Origin: Vicinamibacterales bacterium
GTDB lineage: Bacteria > Acidobacteriota > Vicinamibacteria > Vicinamibacterales > 2-12-FULL-66-21
Direction of reading: 5' to 3'
Length of the DNA: 64,000 bases
Assembly (NCBI GenBank): GCA_038320555.1
Contig: JBBQEJ010000007.1
Coordinates: 6,896 to 70,895 of the forward strand
The translations under genes and the position numbers were made by a program. A model generated the notes under the pieces. The model had not been told where the DNA came from, made no database searches, and saw only the letters and a list, made by a program, of their open reading frames with translations. Positions 48,250 through 57,383 of the stretch are shown here, piece after piece; the stretch's first letter is position 1, and each line of letters starts with the position of its first letter.

Positions 48250-50193
48250 ATGAGATCGCAGCGTGTTCGTGCGGCGCGTCCCGGTCAGGTGTTTCTGTAC
48301 GGCCTCGCGCCCGTGCTGATCACGGCGCTGTTGGCGATCTATCGGCCCGCCTTCTTTCCCCGCCTCGACGATACGGTGTACGACACGGTCATGCGATCGG
48401 CCCGCACTGCGCCGCCGGGCAATCACGTGGTCATCGTCGACATAGACGAGCGGAGCCTGACGACGGTCGGCCAATGGCCGTGGCGGCGTGACGCCGTCGG
48501 GCGGCTCGTTACGCGGTTGCGTGACATGGGCGCGTCGACGGTTGCACTCGACATCATCTTCGCGGAACCCGATCGTTTCGAGTCCAGCGGTCCCGGCGAT
48601 TCCCCCTCGAGTGCGACTCCGGACGACATCCTGGCCGGGGTGCTTCGCGACGGCCGCGTCGTCCTCGGCTACGCATTCACATTCGATCGGGCGCCACGCG
48701 AGCACTCGGTGTGCGTGCTGCACCCGGTCGGCCTCGCCGTCGTTCATCCTTCTGATGAAACCGGCGGCGCGCCGTACTTTCGGGCCACCGGTGCCGTCTG
48801 CAGCCTGCCGATGCTCGCCACGGCTGCGGGCGCGTCCGGTTTTCTGAACGCGGCTCCCGATCCTGACGGCATTCTCAGACGCGTGCCGCTGGTGGTCGAG
48901 CTCGACGGCCGGGTGTATCCGTCGCTCGCGCTCGCGGCGGTTGCAGCGGTAACCAGCGCGCGCGACATGGCGCTTTACGTTTCGAACGTCAATGCCTCGA
49001 CGCTGACCATCGATCAACGCATCGTGCCGCTCGACGGGAAGGGCAATCTGCTGGCTCGCTATCGCGGCAAGAAGGGAACGTTTCCTCACGTTTCGGCGGC
49101 CGATGTGCTCAGCGGGCAGGTGCCGGAGGGAATCCTGCGCGACAAGATCGTGTTTGTCGGCACCACCGCGCTTGGAACACGCGAGGTCGTGGCGACGCCG
49201 CTCGATACGCTGTTTGCCGGCGTCGAAGTTCAGGCGACCATCGCGGACAACCTGCTCGACCAGAGCTTCATCCGGCGGTCCGCGCTTGGGTCCATTCTCG
49301 ACAGCCAGCTGGTCCTCGTGCTTGGTATTGCAATCGCCGTCCTCGTCGCGAGGATCGGTGTTGTGCCGGGCGTCCTCGGAGGCGTCGCTGGACTCACCGT
49401 CCTCTGGTGTGGGGCCGCGTGGCTGCTGTCGACCCGCGGCATTTTCATATCGCCGCTCTTTCCGACGATCGCGGTGATCTCAGCTCTGGCCGTCATGACG
49501 TTCGCCAAGTTCACGATCGAGCGCCGGCGGGCCGACACCGCAGGCCGTGAGAGAACTGCCGCTCAACGTTTGATGGTCCAGACGCTTCTGTCACTGACCG
49601 AAACCAGGGACGCCGAGACCGGTCGCCACTCGCGCAGAACCCAGCAGTACGCCAGGGTGCTTGCCGAGGAGCTGTCCCATCATCCGGAGTTCCACGACTT
49701 TCTCACCCCGGAACGTATCGATCTGTTGTCCAGCCTGGCTCCGCTTCACGACATCGGCAAGGTCGGCATTCCCGATCACATCCTCAACAAGCCCGGCGCG
49801 CTCACGCCGGAAGAACTCGAAGAGATGCGAAAACACCCGGCGCTCGGCCATGACGTCCTCCTCAAGGCAGAGAAGCAGGTGGGCGTCCACGACGACGTCA
49901 CGCTGGCGATGGCGAAGGACATCGTTTATACGCATCACGAGCGATGGGACGGGAGCGGCTATCCGCGGGGACTGAGGGGCACGGAGATTCCTATCGCGGG
50001 CCGGGTGATGGCGATCGTGGACGTGTACGATGCGGTCAGCGCGAGGACCCTCTATCGCCGGACGATGTCGCACGACGACACTGTCAAGTTCATCATCGGA
50101 GGCAAGGGAATTCATTTCGATCCGGCCGTGGTGGAGGCCTTCGTCAGTGTCGCCGCCGTGATCGAGCAAGTTTCCCGCGACGGCGAGCATTAG
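48250..50193 (+). CDS. CHASE2-domain HD-GYP phosphodiesterase
   Basis: VVIVDIDERSL..GQWPWRR, DPDGILRRVPL, AGVEVQA; three TMs; ETGRHSRR, LHDIGKVGIPD, HHERWDGSGYP, VDVYDA. Confidence 0.93.
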   Translation: MRSQRVRAARPGQVFLYGLAPVLITALLAIYRPAFFPRLDDTVYDTVMRSARTAPPGNHVVIVDIDERSLTTVGQWPWRRDAVGRLVTRLRDMGASTVALDIIFAEPDRFESSGPGDSPSSATPDDILAGVLRDGRVVLGYAFTFDRAPREHSVCVLHPVGLAVVHPSDETGGAPYFRATGAVCSLPMLATAAGASGFLNAAPDPDGILRRVPLVVELDGRVYPSLALAAVAAVTSARDMALYVSNVNASTLTIDQRIVPLDGKGNLLARYRGKKGTFPHVSAADVLSGQVPEGILRDKIVFVGTTALGTREVVATPLDTLFAGVEVQATIADNLLDQSFIRRSALGSILDSQLVLVLGIAIAVLVARIGVVPGVLGGVAGLTVLWCGAAWLLSTRGIFISPLFPTIAVISALAVMTFAKFTIERRRADTAGRERTAAQRLMVQTLLSLTETRDAETGRHSRRTQQYARVLAEELSHHPEFHDFLTPERIDLLSSLAPLHDIGKVGIPDHILNKPGALTPEELEEMRKHPALGHDVLLKAEKQVGVHDDVTLAMAKDIVYTHHERWDGSGYPRGLRGTEIPIAGRVMAIVDVYDAVSARTLYRRTMSHDDTVKFIIGGKGIHFDPAVVEAFVSVAAVIEQVSRDGEH

Positions 50194-50194
50194 A

Positions 50195-50231
50195 GATAAG
50201 GGAAAAGGGATAGGGATAAGGGATAAGGGAT
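50195..50231. repeat. Heptamer tandem array (gataagg)
   Basis: gataagg gaaaagg gatagg gataagg gataagg between convergent stop codons. Confidence 0.8.
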
Positions 50232-50233
50232 TG

Positions 50234-50986
50234 TTAATACGTCGCCCGGCCGCCGCTGATGTCGAATACGGCGCCGGTTGAAAACGAGCAGTCTTCGGAC
50301 GCGAGCCAGCAAATCAGCGCGGCGATTTCCTCGATCTCTACGAACCGACTCATCGGGATGCGCGAGAGCATGTAATCGACATGCTCCTGCTTCATCTGCG
50401 CCAGGATCTCGGTGTTCGCCACCGCCGGCGTGATGCAGTTCGCCAGGATGTTCCGGGTCGCGAGCTCTTTCCCGAGCGACTTCGTGAAACCGATCAAGCC
50501 GGCCTTGGATGCGCTGTAGTGCGACGCATTCGGGTTTCCTTCTTTGCCCGCGATCGACGCAACGTTGACGATGCGGCCGTAGCCGCCGGCGAGCATGTGG
50601 GGAATCACCGCGCGGCACGTCAGAAAGCAGCCGATCAGGTTCACCTCGATGACCCGGCGCCACATATCGGGCTCGAGCTCCCAGGCCACCCCGTTCCCGC
50701 CCGTGATCCCCGCGTTGTTGACGAGGATGTCAATCGTGCCGTGTTTCGCGACGGCACTGGCCGCCGCCGCCTGGACGGACGGGGCGTCGGTGATCTCAAC
50801 CTGCTCGGCCGAGACGGTACCCAGCGCCGCCAGCTCCTGCCGCGCAGATTCCAGCCTCTCGCCATCAACATCCCACAACGACACCACCGCGCCCGAGCGC
50901 AAGGCGCGAGTGGCGGCGGCAAAGCCGATGCCCCTGGCTGCCCCGGTGATCACGGCAACGCGGCCTCTCAGATCCAGTTGATTCAT
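50234..50986 (-). CDS. SDR-family oxidoreductase
   Basis: TGAARGIG, NNAG, YSASK. Confidence 0.93.
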   Translation of the reverse strand: MNQLDLRGRVAVITGAARGIGFAAATRALRSGAVVSLWDVDGERLESARQELAALGTVSAEQVEITDAPSVQAAAASAVAKHGTIDILVNNAGITGGNGVAWELEPDMWRRVIEVNLIGCFLTCRAVIPHMLAGGYGRIVNVASIAGKEGNPNASHYSASKAGLIGFTKSLGKELATRNILANCITPAVANTEILAQMKQEHVDYMLSRIPMSRFVEIEEIAALICWLASEDCSFSTGAVFDISGGRATY

Positions 50987-51159
50987 AAAAACCTTGGCTC
51001 AAGCGTGACTCTCCGGCCCATCCTTGCTGATGAGCCTCGAGGAAGGATATATTTCCAGGGATTCCGTGAGAAGGATAACTGTGCAATACTGAGCCGCAGC
51101 AAGACCACCGGCTGTAGACGCGTCCAATCGCCTCGTTTCGCGTGACGGGAGGTATCACC

Positions 51160-51567
51160 ATGCGGGCTCGTGTCCTGGTCGTGGACGACGACGAAGGTTA
51201 TCTCGCTGGGATAAAGGAACTGCTGGAAGAAGCCGGGTACGAAATGCTCGTGGCCAACACCTTTGAGCAGGGCAAGCGAGTATTGCAGGATAATGCGCCA
51301 GATCTGATGATTGTCGACGTGCGGCTCGGTGCGTTCAACGGCCTCCAGCTGATTTCGACCGGGCAGGTCAGGATTCCCGCCGTCGTCGTGACTGGCTTCG
51401 ATGACCCGGTCCTGCGCGCGGACGCCCAGACCTTCGGGGCCAGCTACCTCGTCAAACCCGTCTCACCAAGCGCCCTGCTCGCGTTGATTGAAAACAGGCT
51501 CGGATCGGTCGGTGCGACTGCCAGTGGCAGTCAAAGCGATCCCCACGCGGTCCTTCCAGAAGCGTAG
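51160..51567 (+). CDS. Single-domain response regulator
   Basis: VLVVDDD, MIVDVRL, VVTG, LVKP; GGAGG RBS. Confidence 0.9.
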   Translation: MRARVLVVDDDEGYLAGIKELLEEAGYEMLVANTFEQGKRVLQDNAPDLMIVDVRLGAFNGLQLISTGQVRIPAVVVTGFDDPVLRADAQTFGASYLVKPVSPSALLALIENRLGSVGATASGSQSDPHAVLPEA

Positions 51568-51757
51568 TCCTCCGAGCGCGCCCGCCTCTTGCACGCGGCG
51601 ACCCGCCGCCGCTCCGGCTACTTGAGACTATAAAGCCCAGGCAGGTTGACCTGCAGCCAAATGCAAGCGGAGATCCGACTTTACGAGGTGCGAGACCAGC
51701 GAGCTTGATGTCTGACGGCTCGCAGGATGATACGGCTGTCACGCAGCGCGGGAGGAC

Positions 51758-52055
51758 ATGGTCATGACTCGAACATTGATGGTCGCTGCCGGAGTCCTCG
51801 TGTGGGTCTCGGTCGCTCATGCTGCCGAGAAGACAGTCTCGGCACGAACGACAATTTCTTTCCACTGCAGCCGGTTCGCGCTCGCGCGACGCGCTGAACG
51901 AGCAGGGCTTCAATGCCGAGTTGACGGAAATCAACGGCCACACACACGACTATTACGGCAGCTCGTCGGCGATCAACAAGAGTGTGTGGGCGTTCCTGAA
52001 AGACAAACACCTCGAACGTGATCCGCAATACCAGGACTACGCGATTCCGCGCTGA
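51758..52055 (+). pseudogene. Secreted esterase / alpha-beta hydrolase remnant
   Basis: RBS and signal peptide joined to C-terminal pieces in other frames: GTNDNFFPLQPVRA, then RDALNEQGFNAELTEINGHTHDYY..VWAFLK. Confidence 0.6.
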
Positions 52056-52071
52056 GTCGATCGACAAAAGG

Positions 52072-52275
52072 ATGGCAGCACACGTGAAAAGCGCCGACTT
52101 CACAACGATTCGGATGGAGCTCGCCGGCCTGCGCAAGCGGGCCCTTGACATGCAGGACGGCGCGACGAAGGGCGTTGAGATTTCGGACTCCGCCCGCTAC
52201 ATGGTGTACGCGATCGACCGTCTCAGGATGCTGATAGACGAGGCGGAACGGAAGACCGCGCCGGGAACGAAGTAG
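52072..52275 (+). CDS. Small helical hypothetical protein (67 aa)
   Basis: Amphipathic helical pattern, host-like codon usage. Confidence 0.55.
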   Translation: MAAHVKSADFTTIRMELAGLRKRALDMQDGATKGVEISDSARYMVYAIDRLRMLIDEAERKTAPGTK

Positions 52276-52398
52276 CGGGCCTTTCCGCCTGAAGGCGACT
52301 TGTCCTTCCGCGTTTAGGCGGTAGGGCAGTCTGCGGCGCCCGCGCATTTCCGCGCTGTCATCGGCTGTTCATCCACGGCCCGTCAGAATCAGCGATCG

Positions 52399-54999
52399 AT
52401 GATCACTCACGACACATTTCCTGTCATCTTGGCGTCCCGCACGGCGATAGCGGTTCTGGCGTGTGCGCTGCTCGGTATGCCTTCAGCAGCGTCCGCGCAG
52501 GCCCCTGGATCCGTGCAGGGGCTGGTGCAGGACCAGTCGGGCGGCCTTGTGCCGCACGCGGCGGTGGAGCTCCTCGACGGCGCCGGGACGATCGTCGCCA
52601 CGACCCAGACAGACACGTCGGGAACATTTTCATTCACCGGCGTGTCGCCCGGCGACTACACCATTCGCACCTCACTCGAGGGATTCAAGCCGATCGTCGC
52701 GCGGGTTCGTGTGGCCCCGGGACGCCGGACCACCGCGCAGAAACTGACGCTCGAGTTGGCGTCCATTGCACAGGAAATCACGGTCGAGCGCGACGCGGCG
52801 AGCCTGGGCACTGGCGCGGACGCGAACCGCGACGGCGTGACGATCGACAGTTCCGCTCTGCGGGACATCCCGATCTTCGATCGGGATGTCGTCGGCACGC
52901 TCTCGCGATTCCTCGACGCGTCGGCGCTCGGCACCGGGGGCGTGACCCTCGTGGTTGACGGGATGGAAGCCCGCAAGGTTGGCGTAGCGCCCTCGGCGAT
53001 TCAACAGGTGAAGATCAACCAGGATCCCTATTCGGCAGAGTTTCCGCGTCCGGGGCGCGGACGAATCGAGGTCATCACCAAGGCGGGCACCGACAAATAC
53101 AAAGGGTCGATGGACTTCACGTTCCGTGACGCGCGGTTGAACTCGCGCGATCCGTTTGCCGATTCCCGTCCGCCCGAGCAGCGCCGGATTTACGAAGCCG
53201 TGCTCGGCGGCCCCGTGAGCGACGGGAAGCACACCTCGTTTCTCTTCACGCTCGATCGCAGTGAAGAGAACCTGCAGTCCATCGTGTTCGCCGCCGGCCC
53301 GGCGGGCCCGGTGCACGCGATCGTACCCGCGCCGGATCGCGGTCTCGAACTGTCCGCGTCGGTGAACCACCAGCAAGGGAAGCGTCACACGTTGTCGCTG
53401 CGCGTCACCAACGAACAGTCGCACACGACCAATCAGGGCGTCGGCGGAACGACGCTCCCGGAAGCGGGCGTCGACAACCACGGCCGCGAGGCGCAGCTCG
53501 TGCTGGGGGCGCGCAGCGTGCTGAACGGGCGGCTCCTCAACGAGTTCCGTTTCCTGGTTGGGCACGAGAGCGGGTCGGCGGTCAGTCTCCATCCAGGCCA
53601 GCGGATCGTCGTGCTCGATGCCTTCACGGGGGGCGGGGCGCAGACCAATCAGCGCTCGACCGAGGATCACTTCAACCTCGCCGAGTCGTTGACCTACGTG
53701 CACGGCAAGCACCTGTTCAAGGCAGGGTTCGCCGTGCCGGATTTCAGCCGGCGCGGGTTCGACGACGGCTCGTACCGCGAGGGGTCGTTCACGTTCGCGT
53801 CACTGGAAGATTACGCGCTCGGACGTCCTCTGTCCTTCCTGCAGCAGCGTGGGGACGGCCATATCGTCTTCCTGCAGAAAGTCTTCGGCGCGTTCGTGCA
53901 GGACCAGATCAATGTGAGCGATCACGTGTCAATCACGCCGGGGCTGCGCTACGACTGGCAGAACATCTTCCGCGACAACAATAATGTCGCGCCGCGGCTG
54001 TCGGTCGCGTACGCGATCCACAAGAACACCGTTGTCCGGGGCGGCGGCGGCGTGTTCTACGATCGCGCCGGAGACGGACCGATTCGCGAGGTGCTGCGCT
54101 CGCGCGAAGATCGGCTTGTGCGGATCATCCTGCTGGATCCTGCGTATCCCGATCCGTTCGCGTCGGGGCCGGCCAACGCGGCGGTTCGCAGTGTCGTGGT
54201 GCTTTCGCCGGACATGCGGATTCCCTATACGTTCCAGTACGGTGCCGGTCTCGAGCGTGTCGTACGGAAGGGTACGACCATCGCGGTGAATTATTTGGGA
54301 TCGCGCGGCGTGGATCTGTTCCGGTCGCGGGACATCAACGCGCCGCTGGCGCCGCTCTATGACGGCCGGCCGGATCCCGCGTTCGGGCAGATTCGACAAA
54401 TAGAGTCCGCCGGACGGCAGACCGCGCATTCCCTTCAGATCCTCGGGCGGGGGCGCCTGGCGCCGCGCCTGCAGGGATCGGTGCAGTACACGATCGCCAC
54501 CGCTCATAACGACACGAGCGGGATCAATTCTCTGCCGGCGAACAACCACGACCTCTCCGGCGAGTTTGGACGAGCGGACTTCGATCAGCGGCACCGTCTG
54601 GAAGCCCTGCTCACGCTGAAAGGCGGCGCATGGGCGAATGTCGGCGTCAGCTTGTCGCTTGGATCCGGCCGGCCCTACACGGAACGCACCGGGCGCGACG
54701 ACTTCCATACGGGACAGACCAACGCGCGCCCGGCTGGAGTCGGGCGCAATACATTGCGGGGCCCCGGATTCGCGAGCCTTGACGTCCGGTGGTTGCACGA
54801 GTTTGCGCTCGGGTCCGCCAAGGCCGGCAAACGCGACGAGGACGCGCCGGCTTTCAGCATTGGAATCGATGCGTTCAATGTCACGAATCGCGTCAACTAC
54901 TCGGGGTTCGTCGGGACCCTCACGTCGCCGTTCTATGGCCAGGCGATTGCCGCCCAGCCGCCGCGTCGGGTTCAACTCTCGGCGGGATTCCATTTCTAA
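52399..54999 (+). CDS. TonB-dependent receptor with carboxypeptidase-regulatory-like domain
   Basis: GSVQGLVQDQSGG, PYSAEF..PGRGRIEVITK, GLRYDWQ, APRLS, C-terminal RRVQLSAGFHF. Confidence 0.9.
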   Translation: MITHDTFPVILASRTAIAVLACALLGMPSAASAQAPGSVQGLVQDQSGGLVPHAAVELLDGAGTIVATTQTDTSGTFSFTGVSPGDYTIRTSLEGFKPIVARVRVAPGRRTTAQKLTLELASIAQEITVERDAASLGTGADANRDGVTIDSSALRDIPIFDRDVVGTLSRFLDASALGTGGVTLVVDGMEARKVGVAPSAIQQVKINQDPYSAEFPRPGRGRIEVITKAGTDKYKGSMDFTFRDARLNSRDPFADSRPPEQRRIYEAVLGGPVSDGKHTSFLFTLDRSEENLQSIVFAAGPAGPVHAIVPAPDRGLELSASVNHQQGKRHTLSLRVTNEQSHTTNQGVGGTTLPEAGVDNHGREAQLVLGARSVLNGRLLNEFRFLVGHESGSAVSLHPGQRIVVLDAFTGGGAQTNQRSTEDHFNLAESLTYVHGKHLFKAGFAVPDFSRRGFDDGSYREGSFTFASLEDYALGRPLSFLQQRGDGHIVFLQKVFGAFVQDQINVSDHVSITPGLRYDWQNIFRDNNNVAPRLSVAYAIHKNTVVRGGGGVFYDRAGDGPIREVLRSREDRLVRIILLDPAYPDPFASGPANAAVRSVVVLSPDMRIPYTFQYGAGLERVVRKGTTIAVNYLGSRGVDLFRSRDINAPLAPLYDGRPDPAFGQIRQIESAGRQTAHSLQILGRGRLAPRLQGSVQYTIATAHNDTSGINSLPANNHDLSGEFGRADFDQRHRLEALLTLKGGAWANVGVSLSLGSGRPYTERTGRDDFHTGQTNARPAGVGRNTLRGPGFASLDVRWLHEFALGSAKAGKRDEDAPAFSIGIDAFNVTNRVNYSGFVGTLTSPFYGQAIAAQPPRRVQLSAGFHF

Positions 55000-55014
55000 A
55001 AAACAGGAGCGAAG

Positions 55015-55524
55015 ATGAAACGCACGGGACTGGCACTGGTCATTGGATTGATGGCGGCGGGCGCGGCATACGCAGGACAACCGGCGGGTGGAATGCAGAG
55101 CAAGGCGGCGGAAAAAGCGGAGAAGAAGGAAGCAAAAGACCACGACCAGAAGATGAATCTGAGCAAGCTGCCGCCGGCGGTCAGGGCGACGGTCGAGTCC
55201 GAATCGAAAGGGGCGACGGTCAAGGGCGTCTCGAGCGAGAAGGAGCACGGCAAGACGGTGTACGAGCTCCAGACGCTCGTCAACGGCCGCACGCGCGACC
55301 TGATGATCGACTCGGCGGGCAAGGTCTACGTCGTCGAAGAGCAGCTCGATGTCGATAAGGCCCCCGCCCCGGTGAGGGCCGCGTTGGAGGCGAAGGGGAA
55401 GATCGTCGTTCTCGAGTCCGTCATGAAGGACGGGAAGACGACATACGAAGGCCAGGTCCAGACCAAGGGCGGCAAGAAGGTCGCCATCGAAGTCGACGCC
55501 GACGGCAAACCGATCAGGCCGTAA
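55015..55524 (+). CDS. Secreted PepSY-like domain protein
   Basis: Signal peptide; two repeats LPPAVRATV..GKTVYE / APAPVRAAL..GKTTYE. Confidence 0.8.
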   Translation: MKRTGLALVIGLMAAGAAYAGQPAGGMQSKAAEKAEKKEAKDHDQKMNLSKLPPAVRATVESESKGATVKGVSSEKEHGKTVYELQTLVNGRTRDLMIDSAGKVYVVEEQLDVDKAPAPVRAALEAKGKIVVLESVMKDGKTTYEGQVQTKGGKKVAIEVDADGKPIRP

Positions 55525-55534
55525 GATCAGGGTC

Positions 55535-56180
55535 ATGCGGATCGCTGGTCGAAGAGCACGAGCTGCGAACGCCGGTGTCCATCATCCGCACCGCCGCCGA
55601 TGTCACGCTCAGTCAGCCCGAACGCGACGAATCGGAGTATCGAGAGGCGCTCGCGGCCGTCTCGCAGCAGAGCTCACGTCTCACTCGTCTCGTGGACGAC
55701 ATGCTGGTACTGGCGCGCGCCGACGGCGGAGGCTATCCGGTGGTGTTGGCCGACGTCGACCTGACCGATCTCGTGGCCGGGTGTGTGCGTGAGCTTGGCG
55801 GGCGCGCCGATGACCGGGACATCCGGGTCAGCACGTCGCTGGAGCCGGTCCGGATCATGGCCGACGAAGCCTTGCTCCGCCGCATGTTCGGTAACCTGCT
55901 GAACAACGCCCTCACGTATACGCCCCGTGGCGGGTCCGTGAACGTGTCACTCGCCAGACTGCAGCAAGCTGTCGAATTGCGCGTCGCGGACACCGGTCCA
56001 GGCATTCCACCGGAGGATCGTGAGCGGGTGTTCGAGCGCTTCGTGCGGCTGGATTCCGCGCGTGCCGCTGGCGGCGCCGGCCTCGGCCTCGCGATCGCGC
56101 GCTGGGTCGCGGAGGTTCACGGCGGCCGCGTGGACGTGCGCTCCAGCGGACCGGACTTCGCTGCGAGCCTGCCCGCCTAG
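55535..56180 (+). pseudogene. Collapsed two-component system: receiver start joined to a histidine-kinase core
   Basis: ATG CGG ATC g CTG GTC GAA GA (MRI.LVE) directly precedes HELRTP; then NLLNNA, DTGPGI, FERFVR, GAGLGL; no sensor or TM region. Confidence 0.75.
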
Positions 56181-56240
56181 CACGACGCTGTCAGATCAGC
56201 CAATTTGCTCGGACGACGGTCGGCTATTTGTCACGACGAG

Positions 56241-56387
56241 TTCACGCAGAGAGCGCCGAGAGCGCGGAGCAGACAATTAAGGAGGCGGCTGCTCACCCCT
56301 TCCGGCAACTCGCGCTTTGCGCGAGTTGAAGGGTCACGAGATCCCGGAAACAAGCAGCGCATTGAAACGGCCGCTACTTGTTTCTGG
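56241..56387. repeat. Partial second copy of the 18.8-kb branched palindrome
   Basis: 56332-56358 matches 18915-18941 at 26/27 nt; same period-9 lead-in and side hairpin. Confidence 0.8.
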
Positions 56388-56924
56388 TTACCGGAAGGTC
56401 ACTCCAAGGCTGGCGCGCCAGAAGTCCAGCTTGTGGCCTTCGCTGAGTTCAAACAGCGTCACGTCTCGCAGCGAACGCATGCGCCGCAGGTCAGCCCGCA
56501 GGCCGAAGCGCTTCGTGAAAAATACGTTCGTGCCGAGGCCGATGTCGTAGCCTAACGCGTTCTTCCCCCGCGGACGAATCAGGCCGAAGCCCAGGACCCC
56601 GTAGGGCCGCACGGGACCGGCCGGCACGATCACGAGGAAATTGGTCATCGCGGTGAGCATCGAGCTCTTGCCATCCGCCGTCTCTCCGAAGAAATGGCGC
56701 GCATAGCTGATGTCCTGCTCGGTGCCTGAGTACTGGCCCGTCTTCCCGAATGAGATGCCGAGATTGGTGCGCCTTTCGTCGCAGTTGCGGAGGCTGACGC
56801 AATTCACTGAGTCGCCGCCGTAGTTGTAGCCGGCAAATGGCGTGAAGAAGCCCTGCGCTGCCGCAGGAACCGTCGTCGCAGCCACGCCAGCACACGCAAG
56901 AACGAGGATTCGCACAAGTCTCAT
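56388..56924 (-). CDS. Outer-membrane beta-barrel protein (OmpA-like transmembrane domain)
   Basis: Signal peptide; FFTPFAGYNYGG..VRPYGVLGFG..GLRADLR..FWRASLGVTFR. Confidence 0.8.
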   Translation of the reverse strand: MRLVRILVLACAGVAATTVPAAAQGFFTPFAGYNYGGDSVNCVSLRNCDERRTNLGISFGKTGQYSGTEQDISYARHFFGETADGKSSMLTAMTNFLVIVPAGPVRPYGVLGFGLIRPRGKNALGYDIGLGTNVFFTKRFGLRADLRRMRSLRDVTLFELSEGHKLDFWRASLGVTFR

Positions 56925-56958
56925 GGTCACCGGTTTCTTTTCGCAGCCCCAAAGATAC

Positions 56959-56988
56959 TTGGGGTCAGATCTCGAGATCTGACCCCAA
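56959..56988. repeat. Perfect 30-bp palindrome (REP-like)
   Basis: ttggggtcagatctc|gagatctgaccccaa, no spacer. Confidence 0.9.
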
Positions 56989-57383
56989 CTTACAGTGTAC
57001 TAAAGGGGAGCAAGCCTTTATGTTCAAAAATGGACATCCCGTCCGGAAGGCGGCTCGACGGGGTCATCTTCAGGCGACAGCGCTGCCGCTAATCGTTGGA
57101 TAAATCGAAGGCGTCTCCCGGGCGCGATCTTGCTCTCCAGCGTTCCATCCACGAGTGCGACGGCCGAAAACGGCCAACGGTCGTGGTGGAGGGCCGATTG
57201 TCTGAGCGAAAGTCTCCCGGCGACCCATTGACGAGCAACTCGACGCGGATATGGATCAAGCCGAAGCCTGATCGCCGCCGGACGGCGGAGCCTGATCGAC
57301 CGTCAGAGAACAGCGGAGCCTCACCACTCGGGAACGCGAGAGATGAGGAAGGGAAAGACAAAAAGAGTACAACCGATGGCCGT

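Noticed and set aside
56560..56590. Possible short internal deletion in the OMP gene (LIRPRGKNALG)
   Set aside because: The frame is intact and loop length varies naturally; needs an alignment.
57022..57360. Possible decayed minus-strand gene (..LRLDPYPRRVARQWVAG..GRRLRFIQRL..) with upstream in-frame TGA codons
   Set aside because: No start codon or recognisable family; cannot be told from chance without a homology search. No support for TGA recoding, since other genes here end in TGA.
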